A DNA stretch of 64,000 nt from Eubacteriales bacterium (GCA_045544255.1 JAZPYP010000074.1:9411-73410); one strand, 5' to 3'; shown: positions 26,898 to 35,794, counted from the first letter of the stretch. Notes: a model not told the origin generated them from the letters alone. A program made the numbers and translations.

Positions 26898-27986
26898 ATG
26901 AAAAAGAATACAAAACTGATTGCGTCGCTGATTCTGGCGGCGGTCTTCCTTGGCTTCCTTATTTTTATTGATAATACCCCCTTGAAATCCTCTATGCTAT
27001 CTACTTGCCTGCAAAAAGGGGCAATTTACGCATTGGTAGCGGTTTCCATGAACCTCTTAAATGGTTTTACCGGTCTTTTCTCTTTGGGGCAGGCAGGATT
27101 TATGCTGATCGGGGCCTATACCTATGGAATTCTTACCATTCCTGTGGCAAGCCGCGGTTCGGTTTTCCAATATTTTGATGGCGGTATTGTGCAGTTTGAA
27201 ATGCCGGTTATTCCTGCAATTATTTTGGCAGGCATTCTTGCGGCCTGCTTTGCCGCTTTGATCGGTCTTCCTGTATTGAAGCTGAAGAGCGATTATCTTG
27301 CCATCGCTACTCTTGGCTTTGCCGAGATTTTGCGTGCACTGATTCAGTGGCAGCAGATTGCTCCTTTGACCAATGGTTCTAATATGCTTCGCTCTTTCCC
27401 CACATATAAAAGTATTTTGTTCCCGTTTATTGTTGTGGCAATCTGCATTGCTATGATCGTTCTATTGATTCGCTCTTCTTACGGGCGCGCCTTTAAGGCA
27501 ATTCGCGAGGATGAAATTGCCGCTGAAGCAATGGGCATCAATCTATTTAAGCATAAAATGATGAGCTTTGTGATCAGCTCTTTCTTTGCAGGGGTGGGCG
27601 GCGCATTGCTGGCAATGTTTCAGGCCAGTGTGCAAGCCAAGGCTTTTACTTCCGCAATGACTTATGAGATTCTCTTGATCGTTGTTATCGGCGGTATCGG
27701 TTCTATTACCGGTAGCATTATCGCATCCTTCCTCTTTGTTTGCTGCATGGAGTGGTGGTTGCGTTTCTTGGATCAGGTGCAGTATGTTGGAAATTTCCAG
27801 CTTCCTTTAATGCGCACCGGTTTCCGTATGGTTGTTTTCTCGATCATTATTATGATCATTGTTCTCTTCTGGCGCAGAGGCATTATGGGGAATAAAGAAT
27901 TCTCATGGGATGGAATTGCGAAGTTTTTCAAAGATCCCTTTGGCCTTGTCAGCAAGAAAAATAAGAAAGGGGAGGTAAAGGAATAA
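26898..27986 (+). CDS. livM: Branched-chain amino acid ABC transporter permease LivM
   Basis: LivM-like polytopic protein (LNGFTGLFSLGQAGFMLIGAY). Confidence 0.9.
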   Translation: MKKNTKLIASLILAAVFLGFLIFIDNTPLKSSMLSTCLQKGAIYALVAVSMNLLNGFTGLFSLGQAGFMLIGAYTYGILTIPVASRGSVFQYFDGGIVQFEMPVIPAIILAGILAACFAALIGLPVLKLKSDYLAIATLGFAEILRALIQWQQIAPLTNGSNMLRSFPTYKSILFPFIVVAICIAMIVLLIRSSYGRAFKAIREDEIAAEAMGINLFKHKMMSFVISSFFAGVGGALLAMFQASVQAKAFTSAMTYEILLIVVIGGIGSITGSIIASFLFVCCMEWWLRFLDQVQYVGNFQLPLMRTGFRMVVFSIIIMIIVLFWRRGIMGNKEFSWDGIAKFFKDPFGLVSKKNKKGEVKE

Positions 27987-28828
27987 TGGCAAATACTGTC
28001 CTTTCTATTGAAAATATTACTGTTCAGTTTGGCGGCGTTGTGGCTGTAAATAATCTTTCCATGGAAGTTCGCAAGGGAGAGATTGTTTCGCTGATCGGCC
28101 CCAATGGTGCAGGAAAAACCACTGCATTTAATGCGATTACCGGTGTTTATCAAGCAACGAATGGGCGCGTGATCTTTAATGATGCAGTAATTTTAGAAAG
28201 CTATCCTACCGGTAAGATGAAAAAACTCTATGCCGGCGAAAATGCAGATCTTTATCGTAAGATCATCAAGAATAGCCCTGATAAGATTGCCAAAATGGGC
28301 ATGGGCCGCACTTTCCAGAATATCCGCCTTTTTAAAGAACTTTCGGTTTTGGATAATGTTTTGATCGCGATGCATATGCGGCTAAAGGGCAACCTTTTTA
28401 CCGATACCTTTATGATTAACCATAAAGAAGAACAATCGATGCGCGAGGAAGCAATGCGATTGCTTGAGATTGTGCATCTTCAGGATTTGAAGGATGAAAA
28501 AGCTTCTTCTTTGCCCTATGGTAAGCAGCGCCACCTTGAGATCGCAAGAGCTTTGGCTACCAAGCCTTCTCTTCTTTTGTTGGATGAGCCTGCAGCCGGT
28601 ATGAACCCGCAGGAAACCGAAGAATTAACTGCGCTGATCCGCAAGATTCGCGATGATTTTGATCTTACTGTTTTGCTGATCGAGCATCATATGAATTTGG
28701 TTATGGATATCTCCGATCGAATTTATGTAATCGATTTTGGTAAATTGATTGCATCGGGCAATCCCGAGGAAATTCAAAATAATCAAAAGGTAATCGATGC
28801 ATATTTGGGGGTGGCAGAGGATGAGTAA
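27986..28828 (+). CDS. livG: Branched-chain amino acid ABC transporter ATP-binding protein LivG
   Basis: Walker [10 protein letters not shown], signature [15 protein letters not shown], Walker [11 protein letters not shown]. Confidence 0.92.
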   Translation: MANTVLSIENITVQFGGVVAVNNLSMEVRKGEIVSLIGPNGAGKTTAFNAITGVYQATNGRVIFNDAVILESYPTGKMKKLYAGENADLYRKIIKNSPDKIAKMGMGRTFQNIRLFKELSVLDNVLIAMHMRLKGNLFTDTFMINHKEEQSMREEAMRLLEIVHLQDLKDEKASSLPYGKQRHLEIARALATKPSLLLLDEPAAGMNPQETEELTALIRKIRDDFDLTVLLIEHHMNLVMDISDRIYVIDFGKLIASGNPEEIQNNQKVIDAYLGVAEDE

Positions 28829-29534
28829 TATTCTTGAAATTAAAGATCTTGTTGTCTCCTATGGTGGCATCGAGGCGGTTAAGGGAATCTCGATGGAAGT
28901 GCCTGAAGGGCAGATTGTTACTCTGATTGGCTCTAATGGCGCCGGAAAGAGCACAACATTGAAATCCATCGCCGGAATTGTTAAGCCTAAAAATGCTTCA
29001 ATTTTGCTCAGCGGCAAGGAGATCAGCGGAAAAAGCCCTGATTTTATTGTTAGCAGCGGAATTACCTTGGTTCCCGAAGGGCGGCGTGTATTTCCGAATC
29101 TGACGGTTTTGGAAAACCTGAAGATGGGCGCTTATCTGCGAAAAGATAGCATTAAAGCAGATTTAGAGTATGTTTATGATCTTTTCCCCCGCTTGAAGGA
29201 AAGAGAATGGCAGCTTGCGGGCACCCTTTCCGGCGGTGAGCAGCAAATGCTCGCGGTGGCGCGCGCGTTGATGAGTAAACCGCGCATCATCATGATGGAT
29301 GAGCCTTCTTTGGGCCTTGCTCCATTGGTTGTTAAGGATATTTTTGAGATTATTAAAACAATTAATAGTCAGGGTATTACAGTGCTTTTGATTGAGCAAA
29401 ATGCAAATATGGCTTTAAAGATTGCGCATAAGGCATATGTAATGGAAACCGGCAAAATCACCCTTGAGGGAACCGGTGCGGAGCTTCTTGCCAATGAAAG
29501 CGTTAAGGAAGCTTATCTTGGAAAAAGTAAATAA
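28821..29534 (+). CDS. livF: Branched-chain amino acid ABC transporter ATP-binding protein LivF
   Basis: Walker A GSNGAGKST, signature LSGGEQQMLAVARAL, Walker B IMMDEPSLG. Start at ATG 28821 overlaps the livG end by 8 nt. Confidence 0.92.
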   Translation: MSNILEIKDLVVSYGGIEAVKGISMEVPEGQIVTLIGSNGAGKSTTLKSIAGIVKPKNASILLSGKEISGKSPDFIVSSGITLVPEGRRVFPNLTVLENLKMGAYLRKDSIKADLEYVYDLFPRLKEREWQLAGTLSGGEQQMLAVARALMSKPRIIMMDEPSLGLAPLVVKDIFEIIKTINSQGITVLLIEQNANMALKIAHKAYVMETGKITLEGTGAELLANESVKEAYLGKSK

Positions 29535-29564
29535 AAATTCATGTTGACAGAGTGAGGAATTATT

Positions 29565-32500
29565 ATGAAAAAGAGCATTTTGCGAGTATGTTCCTTTTTA
29601 ATGATTTTGATCCTCGGTATTTCTAATCTGCCAATTATTTATGCTGAGGGATCTCATATTGCTGTGAATCGTTTTTCTGATTATGCAGTTAATCCTATGT
29701 TGGGGGATATTGAGATCCCTCAAACTGTTTATTCTAAAAGATACGCCTCTTTGGAAGAGGAGACCTTCAATCCGGAAGATTTTTTAGAAACAGAGGAAGA
29801 GGCGGCAGCGGTTATACGCGAGGCGATAGAAGCGCGGGATGAATTGTTTACTCTGCGCTATATTTCAGATCAGGTTGCCACAGAGCAAGAAGTTATTGAT
29901 TTGATCGAGGTTGCTTTTGCAGAAACCGATCAGCCAACCGAAGGGGATTCTCTGCGCTATGCATGGAAATCCAGAGCTTTTGAAGGCGAATGTATCTTAT
30001 ATGAAAACGAATACTATACAACGATTCGTTTTACCTATGGATATTATACTACTGCCGAGCAGGAAGCGGAGCTGACAGAAGCAGTTGATGCCTTGGTTGC
30101 TTCCTTTGGGTTTACAAGCTCGACCGACCAAAGAGCAAAGATCGATAAAATTTATGGTTACATTACTTCTAATGTAACCTATGATTATGAACATCTTGAA
30201 CAAGAAGATTATTGGCTTCAATATACTGCGTATGCAGCGTTGGTTCAAAAAACCGCTGTTTGCGAGGGGTATGCAGTTCTTCTTTATCGATTGGCTGAGG
30301 AATGCGGATTGGATGCGCGGGTGATCACCGGTGTGGGCGGCTCCGGAAGAGATGCAAATCATGCATGGAATATTATTGGCCTCGGAGACCTTTATTATTA
30401 TCTTGATGCTACTTGGGATGCAGAGCGTTCATCTGATGCGTATGAATGGTATCTAAAAGGGAGTGCCGACTTTTTCTCCCATAGCAATGAGCCGCAATTT
30501 AATACAGTTGAGTTTAACGAGCGTTATCCGATTCCCGATAAAGGGCTTACCTTCGAGCCCTATGAAGGGCCCTATACTTTTGGCGACTTTGAATATTACG
30601 CTAATTCTTCAAATGCTGTTATAACCAAATATATCGGTTCTGATGCGGAAGTTATTGTTCCTGCAGAGGTGGGAGATATTCCTGTTGTTGGGGTAGAGAC
30701 AGGTGCTTTTTATCAAAATTACAGCGTGGAGAGCCTTGCTTTCAGCGAAGGGATTCTTTTTTTATCCCCCCAAGCGGTGCAATATTGCTTTGCGTTGAAG
30801 TCGGTTCATTTTCCGTCTACAATGAATATAAGGGATCGTGGTTCTACCAGTTTTACCGAAGCGCCCATTGATTGCCATGCTCTCGAAACCATTACGGTTG
30901 CAGAAGGAAACCCATATATCAAGGTTGAAGATGGAATTCTTTATGATATTGATAGGACAACTCTGCTTTTATGCCCCGCTCTTTATCCAAATGAAGAACT
31001 TGTGATTCCGGATGGAGTTGTAACGCTTGCGAATAATTCAGTGGCCGATTGCCCCAATATTAAAGAAGTTAAGATGCCTGATTCGGTTGAATATATTTGG
31101 AGCTGGGTATTTGCTTCCAGTAATAATCTTGAAAAGGTTAATGTTTCTGAAAAATGCACCGTTATCGGTCAATTTTTCTTAACTTCTACTAAAGTTGAGC
31201 AGCTGCATATCCCTGCATCTGTAACCATCATTATGCCCGATGCGATCGGAACGAGTGTTTCCTATTTGCGGGAAATTACCGTTGATCCGGAAAATGCGGT
31301 CTTTCGCGTGGAAAATGGCGCTTTATATGAAGGGAAAACCCTGATTAAATATCCATCCATGATTCCAAATGAAAGCTTCGAAATTTCCGAAGGAACTCGA
31401 TCTATTGCATATGGCGCATTCTATGATGCTAAAAATTTAAAATCCATCACTATTCCGGTAGGGGTAAAAAATATCTATAATTCCGCATTTTCGGGCTGCG
31501 CAGGGCTTACCCATGTAACGATTCCGGAAGGTGTTGCTTTTATGGAAAAATATATTTTCTATGGTTGCACCTCTTTAATGAGTGTTTCTCTTCCCGAAAG
31601 CTTGACCACAATGGAAGATTATAATATTTTCCATCCCTGCGATGCGCTTACAATTTATGGTAAGCGCGGCACCCTTGCAGAGACCTGCGCTAATGAGAAT
31701 TCCGGCTTTATTTTTAAGGATATTTCTGAATTCGTTTGCGTTAATGGTCATAATCAAGATGTGGAGCTGATTGATTGGCAAACCGAGTTTAATAAGAAGC
31801 TTCGCTATGAATGCTCTGCTTGCGGGTGTAAAACTATCATCAACTATGTTAAACTTGCTGATGATATTTTGGAAGCAGAGGTTGTTCTTGAATATACCGA
31901 GGCTGAATATGATGGGAATCCTCATCAACCGGCGATTCTTTCGGTTTCTTTTTATGGGAAAGAACTGAGTGAGAATGTTGATTATACTATGCAATATTTC
32001 TCTGAGGGAATCAACGCAGACCAGTATGCCATCGAATTTAAAGGAATTGGGAAATTTGCCGGCACCAAAACAGTTCTTTATCAGGTTCTTCCCAAACCAT
32101 TGGGAAATATAACCGTTAAAAATATGCAGAAATATTATCCATATCATGGATATAATCATTATCCGCAATCTTTTTCTGTATATGATGGAAATGAAGAAAT
32201 AAGCTGGGAAAATCTATATTGCGAGTATGCGAATAATAGAGAGATCGGTGTTGGAACAATCTTTTTAAAGGGAAGAAACAATTATAGCGGTACAGTTGAA
32301 ATTCCCTTCTATATCTATCCTGCAGAATCTCTTGGGGTTACCGATTTAGGCGGCGATGAGAATATTGCTCTGAGCGGTGGCGTATCAAATGATGATGGTT
32401 TGATTACAGTTGATCTTTTGGGTGCGCCTAACTATATAGTTAAAACATATTCACCCAATGGTTCCGTTAAGGTTTATGCTGACGAAGGGTGCACGGTTGA

Positions 32501-33185
32501 GGTATCGGAAGGGCAGAAAATAGTGCCGGATTGCGGCATCACTCGCCTCTATGCGCAGGGAGTTGATGCAAGCGGAAATCCGGTGAAATCAACGATTGAG
32601 ATCATTTCTCCGATTTATTCGAACTATACTGATACGCTGACTCCATGGGCGAAAAAATCTATTAAAAAGCTGAATGATCTTGGCCTTGGTTTAATCAAAG
32701 GCGATGGTGCGGGCAGATTTAATGGAAAAAAAACTCTTTCTCGCTATGAAATGGCTACCATGATGGTGCGGTTAAAAGGAATCAATGCAGCCTCCTATAA
32801 GAAAATGAAGAGTCCTTTTACCGATAAAATCACAAGCTGGGCCAAGAAATATGTTAATGCGGCTTATAAGAACGGCATTGTAAGTGGTATTGGGACTGAA
32901 TTTGTTGGTGATAAGGCGGCCAGCAGAAATGAATTCTTCCGCGTTTTGATGAATGTAACCCTTGGGGATGTTGATGCTTATTATAAAGAGCATAAGGCGG
33001 AAATTAACGCTTATGTTCAGGCGCAGAATTTTAAGGATATCGATAAGGTTAAAGGCTGGGCCAAGTCCGGCACCTATACTGCGATCTATCTTGGTTATGT
33101 TGCCGGTGATAACGGTTATATTAATCCCCTGAATACCATCACAAGAAATGAAGCGGCTGTAATGTTGGCCAGAATTTTAACTTGA
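29565..33185 (+). CDS. Secreted S-layer-anchored mosaic protein: transglutaminase-like cysteine protease core + BspA-type leucine-rich repeats + Ig-like region + three SLH repeats
   Basis: Signal peptide (LMILILGISNLPIIYAEG). Transglutaminase Cys-His-Asp triad context (TAVCEGYAVLLY, NHAWNII, YYLDATWD). LRR_5-like repeats (ITIPVGVKNIYNSAFSGCAGLTHVTIPEGV...). C-terminal SLH-like repeats (WAKKSIKKLNDLGLGLIKGDG..., FTDKITSWAKKYVNAAYKNGIVSG, FKDIDKVKGWAKSGTYTAIYLGYVAG). Confidence 0.8.
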   Translation: MKKSILRVCSFLMILILGISNLPIIYAEGSHIAVNRFSDYAVNPMLGDIEIPQTVYSKRYASLEEETFNPEDFLETEEEAAAVIREAIEARDELFTLRYISDQVATEQEVIDLIEVAFAETDQPTEGDSLRYAWKSRAFEGECILYENEYYTTIRFTYGYYTTAEQEAELTEAVDALVASFGFTSSTDQRAKIDKIYGYITSNVTYDYEHLEQEDYWLQYTAYAALVQKTAVCEGYAVLLYRLAEECGLDARVITGVGGSGRDANHAWNIIGLGDLYYYLDATWDAERSSDAYEWYLKGSADFFSHSNEPQFNTVEFNERYPIPDKGLTFEPYEGPYTFGDFEYYANSSNAVITKYIGSDAEVIVPAEVGDIPVVGVETGAFYQNYSVESLAFSEGILFLSPQAVQYCFALKSVHFPSTMNIRDRGSTSFTEAPIDCHALETITVAEGNPYIKVEDGILYDIDRTTLLLCPALYPNEELVIPDGVVTLANNSVADCPNIKEVKMPDSVEYIWSWVFASSNNLEKVNVSEKCTVIGQFFLTSTKVEQLHIPASVTIIMPDAIGTSVSYLREITVDPENAVFRVENGALYEGKTLIKYPSMIPNESFEISEGTRSIAYGAFYDAKNLKSITIPVGVKNIYNSAFSGCAGLTHVTIPEGVAFMEKYIFYGCTSLMSVSLPESLTTMEDYNIFHPCDALTIYGKRGTLAETCANENSGFIFKDISEFVCVNGHNQDVELIDWQTEFNKKLRYECSACGCKTIINYVKLADDILEAEVVLEYTEAEYDGNPHQPAILSVSFYGKELSENVDYTMQYFSEGINADQYAIEFKGIGKFAGTKTVLYQVLPKPLGNITVKNMQKYYPYHGYNHYPQSFSVYDGNEEISWENLYCEYANNREIGVGTIFLKGRNNYSGTVEIPFYIYPAESLGVTDLGGDENIALSGGVSNDDGLITVDLLGAPNYIVKTYSPNGSVKVYADEGCTVEVSEGQKIVPDCGITRLYAQGVDASGNPVKSTIEIISPIYSNYTDTLTPWAKKSIKKLNDLGLGLIKGDGAGRFNGKKTLSRYEMATMMVRLKGINAASYKKMKSPFTDKITSWAKKYVNAAYKNGIVSGIGTEFVGDKAASRNEFFRVLMNVTLGDVDAYYKEHKAEINAYVQAQNFKDIDKVKGWAKSGTYTAIYLGYVAGDNGYINPLNTITRNEAAVMLARILT

Positions 33186-33192
33186 GGGCATT

Positions 33193-33591
33193 ATGATTGT
33201 TATTTTATGTATTGATGATAGGGGAGGCCTGCTCTTTAATAAGCGGCGGGTCTCCTCGGATCAAAAGGTTTGCGAGCGAATTTGCGCCCTTGCTGCAGAT
33301 GGAGTGTTAAGAATGAATCATTATTCGGCGTTGCTTTTTAAGAGCATAAAACCGGAAGTTGATGAGGATTTCATGAATCAAGCAGAAGCGGGAGATTTTT
33401 GCTTTGTTGAAGATCAGAATCTCTCGCAGTATGGGGATAAGATCGAAAAATGGATCCTATATAGATGGAATCGAAAATATCCCTCGGATTTCAAATTTGA
33501 TTTTTCACTCCTTAATGGCAAAGAACTCATTCAATCTTCAAATTTTGAAGGCAGTTCCCATTCGGAAATTACAGAGGAGATTTACCAATGA
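33193..33591 (+). CDS. Small cytoplasmic hypothetical protein, DHFR-like layout with degenerate motifs
   Basis: 132 aa. The N-terminus MIVILCIDDRGGLLFNKRR and the C-terminal WILYRWNRKYPSDFKFD resemble the beta-strand pattern of dihydrofolate reductase, but the GG cofactor motif is absent. Its stop overlaps the next start (ATGA). Confidence 0.55.
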   Translation: MIVILCIDDRGGLLFNKRRVSSDQKVCERICALAADGVLRMNHYSALLFKSIKPEVDEDFMNQAEAGDFCFVEDQNLSQYGDKIEKWILYRWNRKYPSDFKFDFSLLNGKELIQSSNFEGSSHSEITEEIYQ

Positions 33592-34454
33592 AAATGCAAA
33601 AAAGATTTTTAGCTTTTCTTTTGCTGATTACCGCTGTTCTTTCATTATTTGGGTGTTTTCTGCAGGAAAAAGCAAGCTATTCCATCGGCGAAATTCCGCC
33701 GTTTTCAAATGAACCTTATGTTGTTGTTAATGATAATCAGCCCAATTTTTCAAAGGAGCAATTAAAATCAAAGTCTTATGAAAAATATGCTCCGTTGGAT
33801 ATTTTGGGCAGATGCGGGCCGGCTATCGCTTGCATTGGAAAAGATTTGATGCCCGATGAAGATCGAAAGAGCATCGGTCAGGTGAAACCAAGCGGTTGGC
33901 ATACAGTGAAGTATGATTGTGTTGATGGTAAATATCTTTATAATCGATGCCATTTGATTGGATTTCAATTAACAGGCGAAAATGCCAACGAGCAAAATCT
34001 TATTACCGGAACCCGCTATATGAATGTTGATGGTGTATTGCCCTTTGAAAACATGATTGCCGACTATATTAAGGAAACAGATCATCATGTTTTATATCGG
34101 GTAACGCCGATTTTTGATGGGAATAACCTTGTTGCTTCCGGTGTGCAGCTTGAGGCTTTTTCAGTCGAGGATCAGGGCGCTGGGGTTTGTTTCAATGTTT
34201 ATGCATATAACTGCCAGCCCGGAGTAGTGATTGATTATGCAACGGGGGCAAGCCGATTAGAAAATGAGCCGGAAAAATCCGATAGCGATGAGGCAGAGGA
34301 ATATATCTTAAATGTTAATTCCAAAAAGATTCATCTTTCTTCTTGCTCTGGCGCAAAAAACATGAAGGAATCCAATAAAGAGATTTCCTCTAAATCCATA
34401 ACCGAATTAATTGCCGAGGGCTATGAGCCTTGCGGCCAATGCCTGAAAGATTGA
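33588..34454 (+). CDS. Secreted lipoprotein DNA/RNA non-specific endonuclease (EndA/DNA-entry nuclease type) with C-terminal Cys-rich tail
   Basis: Lipobox LSLFGC. Nuclease core YNRCHLIGFQLTGENANEQNLITGTRYMN...YRVTPIFDGNNLVASGVQLEAFS. C-terminal segment IHLSSCSG...EPCGQC. Confidence 0.82.
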   Translation: MKMQKRFLAFLLLITAVLSLFGCFLQEKASYSIGEIPPFSNEPYVVVNDNQPNFSKEQLKSKSYEKYAPLDILGRCGPAIACIGKDLMPDEDRKSIGQVKPSGWHTVKYDCVDGKYLYNRCHLIGFQLTGENANEQNLITGTRYMNVDGVLPFENMIADYIKETDHHVLYRVTPIFDGNNLVASGVQLEAFSVEDQGAGVCFNVYAYNCQPGVVIDYATGASRLENEPEKSDSDEAEEYILNVNSKKIHLSSCSGAKNMKESNKEISSKSITELIAEGYEPCGQCLKD

Positions 34455-34457
34455 TTA

Positions 34458-34493
34458 TTAAATAATATCCCGCCTTTGGCGGCATATTATTTT
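34458..34493. terminator. Terminator hairpin, copy 1 of a 36-bp direct repeat
   Basis: TTAAATAATATCCCGCCTTTGGCGGCATATTATTTT. 14-bp stem with one C-C mismatch, A/T tracts on both sides, immediately after the nuclease stop codon. Confidence 0.8.
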
Positions 34494-34610
34494 CAGACTG
34501 TCAAAAAAGCCCCCGACCGCAGAAAAAGGAAAGAAAGCAAACAGATTGTGCCAATCAATAAGTCAAGAAGGAGAAAGAGATGTCATTCTTACTTTTTGTT
34601 CTCTTTAAAA

Positions 34611-34885
34611 GGAAAAAATCCGCATGGTAATGCGGATTTCATTATAATTTTCTGCTATCCGCCAAACCGCTCTCTACCGTGCGTCAAACCTAATGGTAAC
34701 CGTTCCATTTTGCTCAATAGCAAAACACCACTTATACCATTAGGTTCTCCTTTTCCCCAACAAAACTTTTGTTTTGCCGGGGTGCCCCCCAAAAACGCCG
34801 ACGAGAACGGTTTGACGAATTCGGAAACATTTTTGAGAGTCTCCCAGCGTGTCAAAGATAATAAAACAGGGTTCTTTGACACGCT
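34611..34885 (-). ncRNA. Candidate structured non-coding RNA of unknown class (about 250-275 nt) with its own intrinsic terminator
   Basis: Several perfect nested helices, described in the finding. One 12-bp helix has two G-U pairs that are valid only on the minus strand. The minus-strand terminator AAATCCGCA/TGCGGATTT is followed by U-rich sequence at 34639-34604. I found no convincing promoter or coding potential. Confidence 0.5.
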
Positions 34886-34921
34886 TTAAATAATATCCCG
34901 CCTTTGGCGGGATATTATTTT
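34886..34921. terminator. Terminator hairpin, copy 2 of the 36-bp direct repeat
   Basis: TTAAATAATATCCCGCCTTTGGCGGGATATTATTTT. Perfect 14-bp stem. It differs from copy 1 at one base (G at 34911 versus C at 34483). Confidence 0.8.
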
Positions 34922-34963
34922 TATGAAGGAGATTGCATATAATAAGATATATCTTGAGAGGTT

Positions 34964-35794
34964 ATGGTGAAGATGGATCTATTTTGTGTATTCATAAAAG
35001 GGATTTGGATCGGCGCAACATTATCAATTCCGGGAATCAGCGGCGGATCAATGGCGATGATATTGGGGATTTATGAAAAATTAATCCTTTCTTTCAACAA
35101 GCTGTTTCAAAAAGGGGAAAAGAAAAAGGAGAGTTTCTTATTTATCCTTGTATTTTCTTTAGGTGCGTTAACAGGATTATTTGCAATTTCCGGTTTAGTT
35201 GTTCGCTTATTGAAGCAATATCCTTTGCCGATATCTTTTCTTTTTGCCGGCGCGGTTCTTGGTGGAATGAGAGTGATTTTTCATGAGATTAATAGAGAAA
35301 TATTAAAGGCATCCGATATTCTCTATCCCCTTATTGGAATTGCTATTGTATTATCGATCGCTTCTTTACCAAGTGGCCTTGTTTCTTTTGAGAATAGCGG
35401 CCCTTTTCAGTGGTTGCTTCAAATTGCCATAGGAATAGTTGCGGCAGTTGCGTTGGTATTGCCCGGAATCAGCATTTCTCAGGTTCTTTATGTTCTTGGC
35501 ATGTATACCCTGATTTTCGAGCATCTTTCGCGATTTTCTTTGCTGCCTTTAATTCCGTTTGCTATGGGGCTTTTATCTGGCGTTATATTTATTTCAAAGG
35601 CATTGGAAGATTTATTAATACGATTTCGAAAGGAAACATTTTTGGTAACCTTGGGCTTTGTGGGCGGCTCAGTAATAGAGCTGCTTCAGAGCGTATCCTA
35701 TAATGAGTTTGGTTTTCACTGTATTCTATTGCTTATGATTGGGTTTATCCCCATTTTTATGATCTCTAAAAAGGAAAGAGTGCGTCAGGAATAA
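34964..35794 (+). CDS. DUF368-family polytopic membrane protein (family recently linked to undecaprenyl-phosphate recycling)
   Basis: Signature IPGISGGSMAMILGIYEKLI near the N-terminus and a second PGISISQVLYVLG repeat. The start may be 34964 or 34973. Confidence 0.82.
   Translation: MVKMDLFCVFIKGIWIGATLSIPGISGGSMAMILGIYEKLILSFNKLFQKGEKKKESFLFILVFSLGALTGLFAISGLVVRLLKQYPLPISFLFAGAVLGGMRVIFHEINREILKASDILYPLIGIAIVLSIASLPSGLVSFENSGPFQWLLQIAIGIVAAVALVLPGISISQVLYVLGMYTLIFEHLSRFSLLPLIPFAMGLLSGVIFISKALEDLLIRFRKETFLVTLGFVGGSVIELLQSVSYNEFGFHCILLLMIGFIPIFMISKKERVRQE

Noticed and set aside
34476-34889. 137-aa plus-strand ORF spanning almost exactly from terminator copy 1 to terminator copy 2.
   Set aside because: It starts at a TTG inside the terminator loop with no RBS, and its composition is low-complexity (basic, Pro and Asn rich). 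It runs straight through a series of perfect RNA helices and a terminator. It is more likely an open frame by chance than a gene. The same applies to the 75-aa minus-strand ORF at 34655-34882, which has a GTG start and no RBS.
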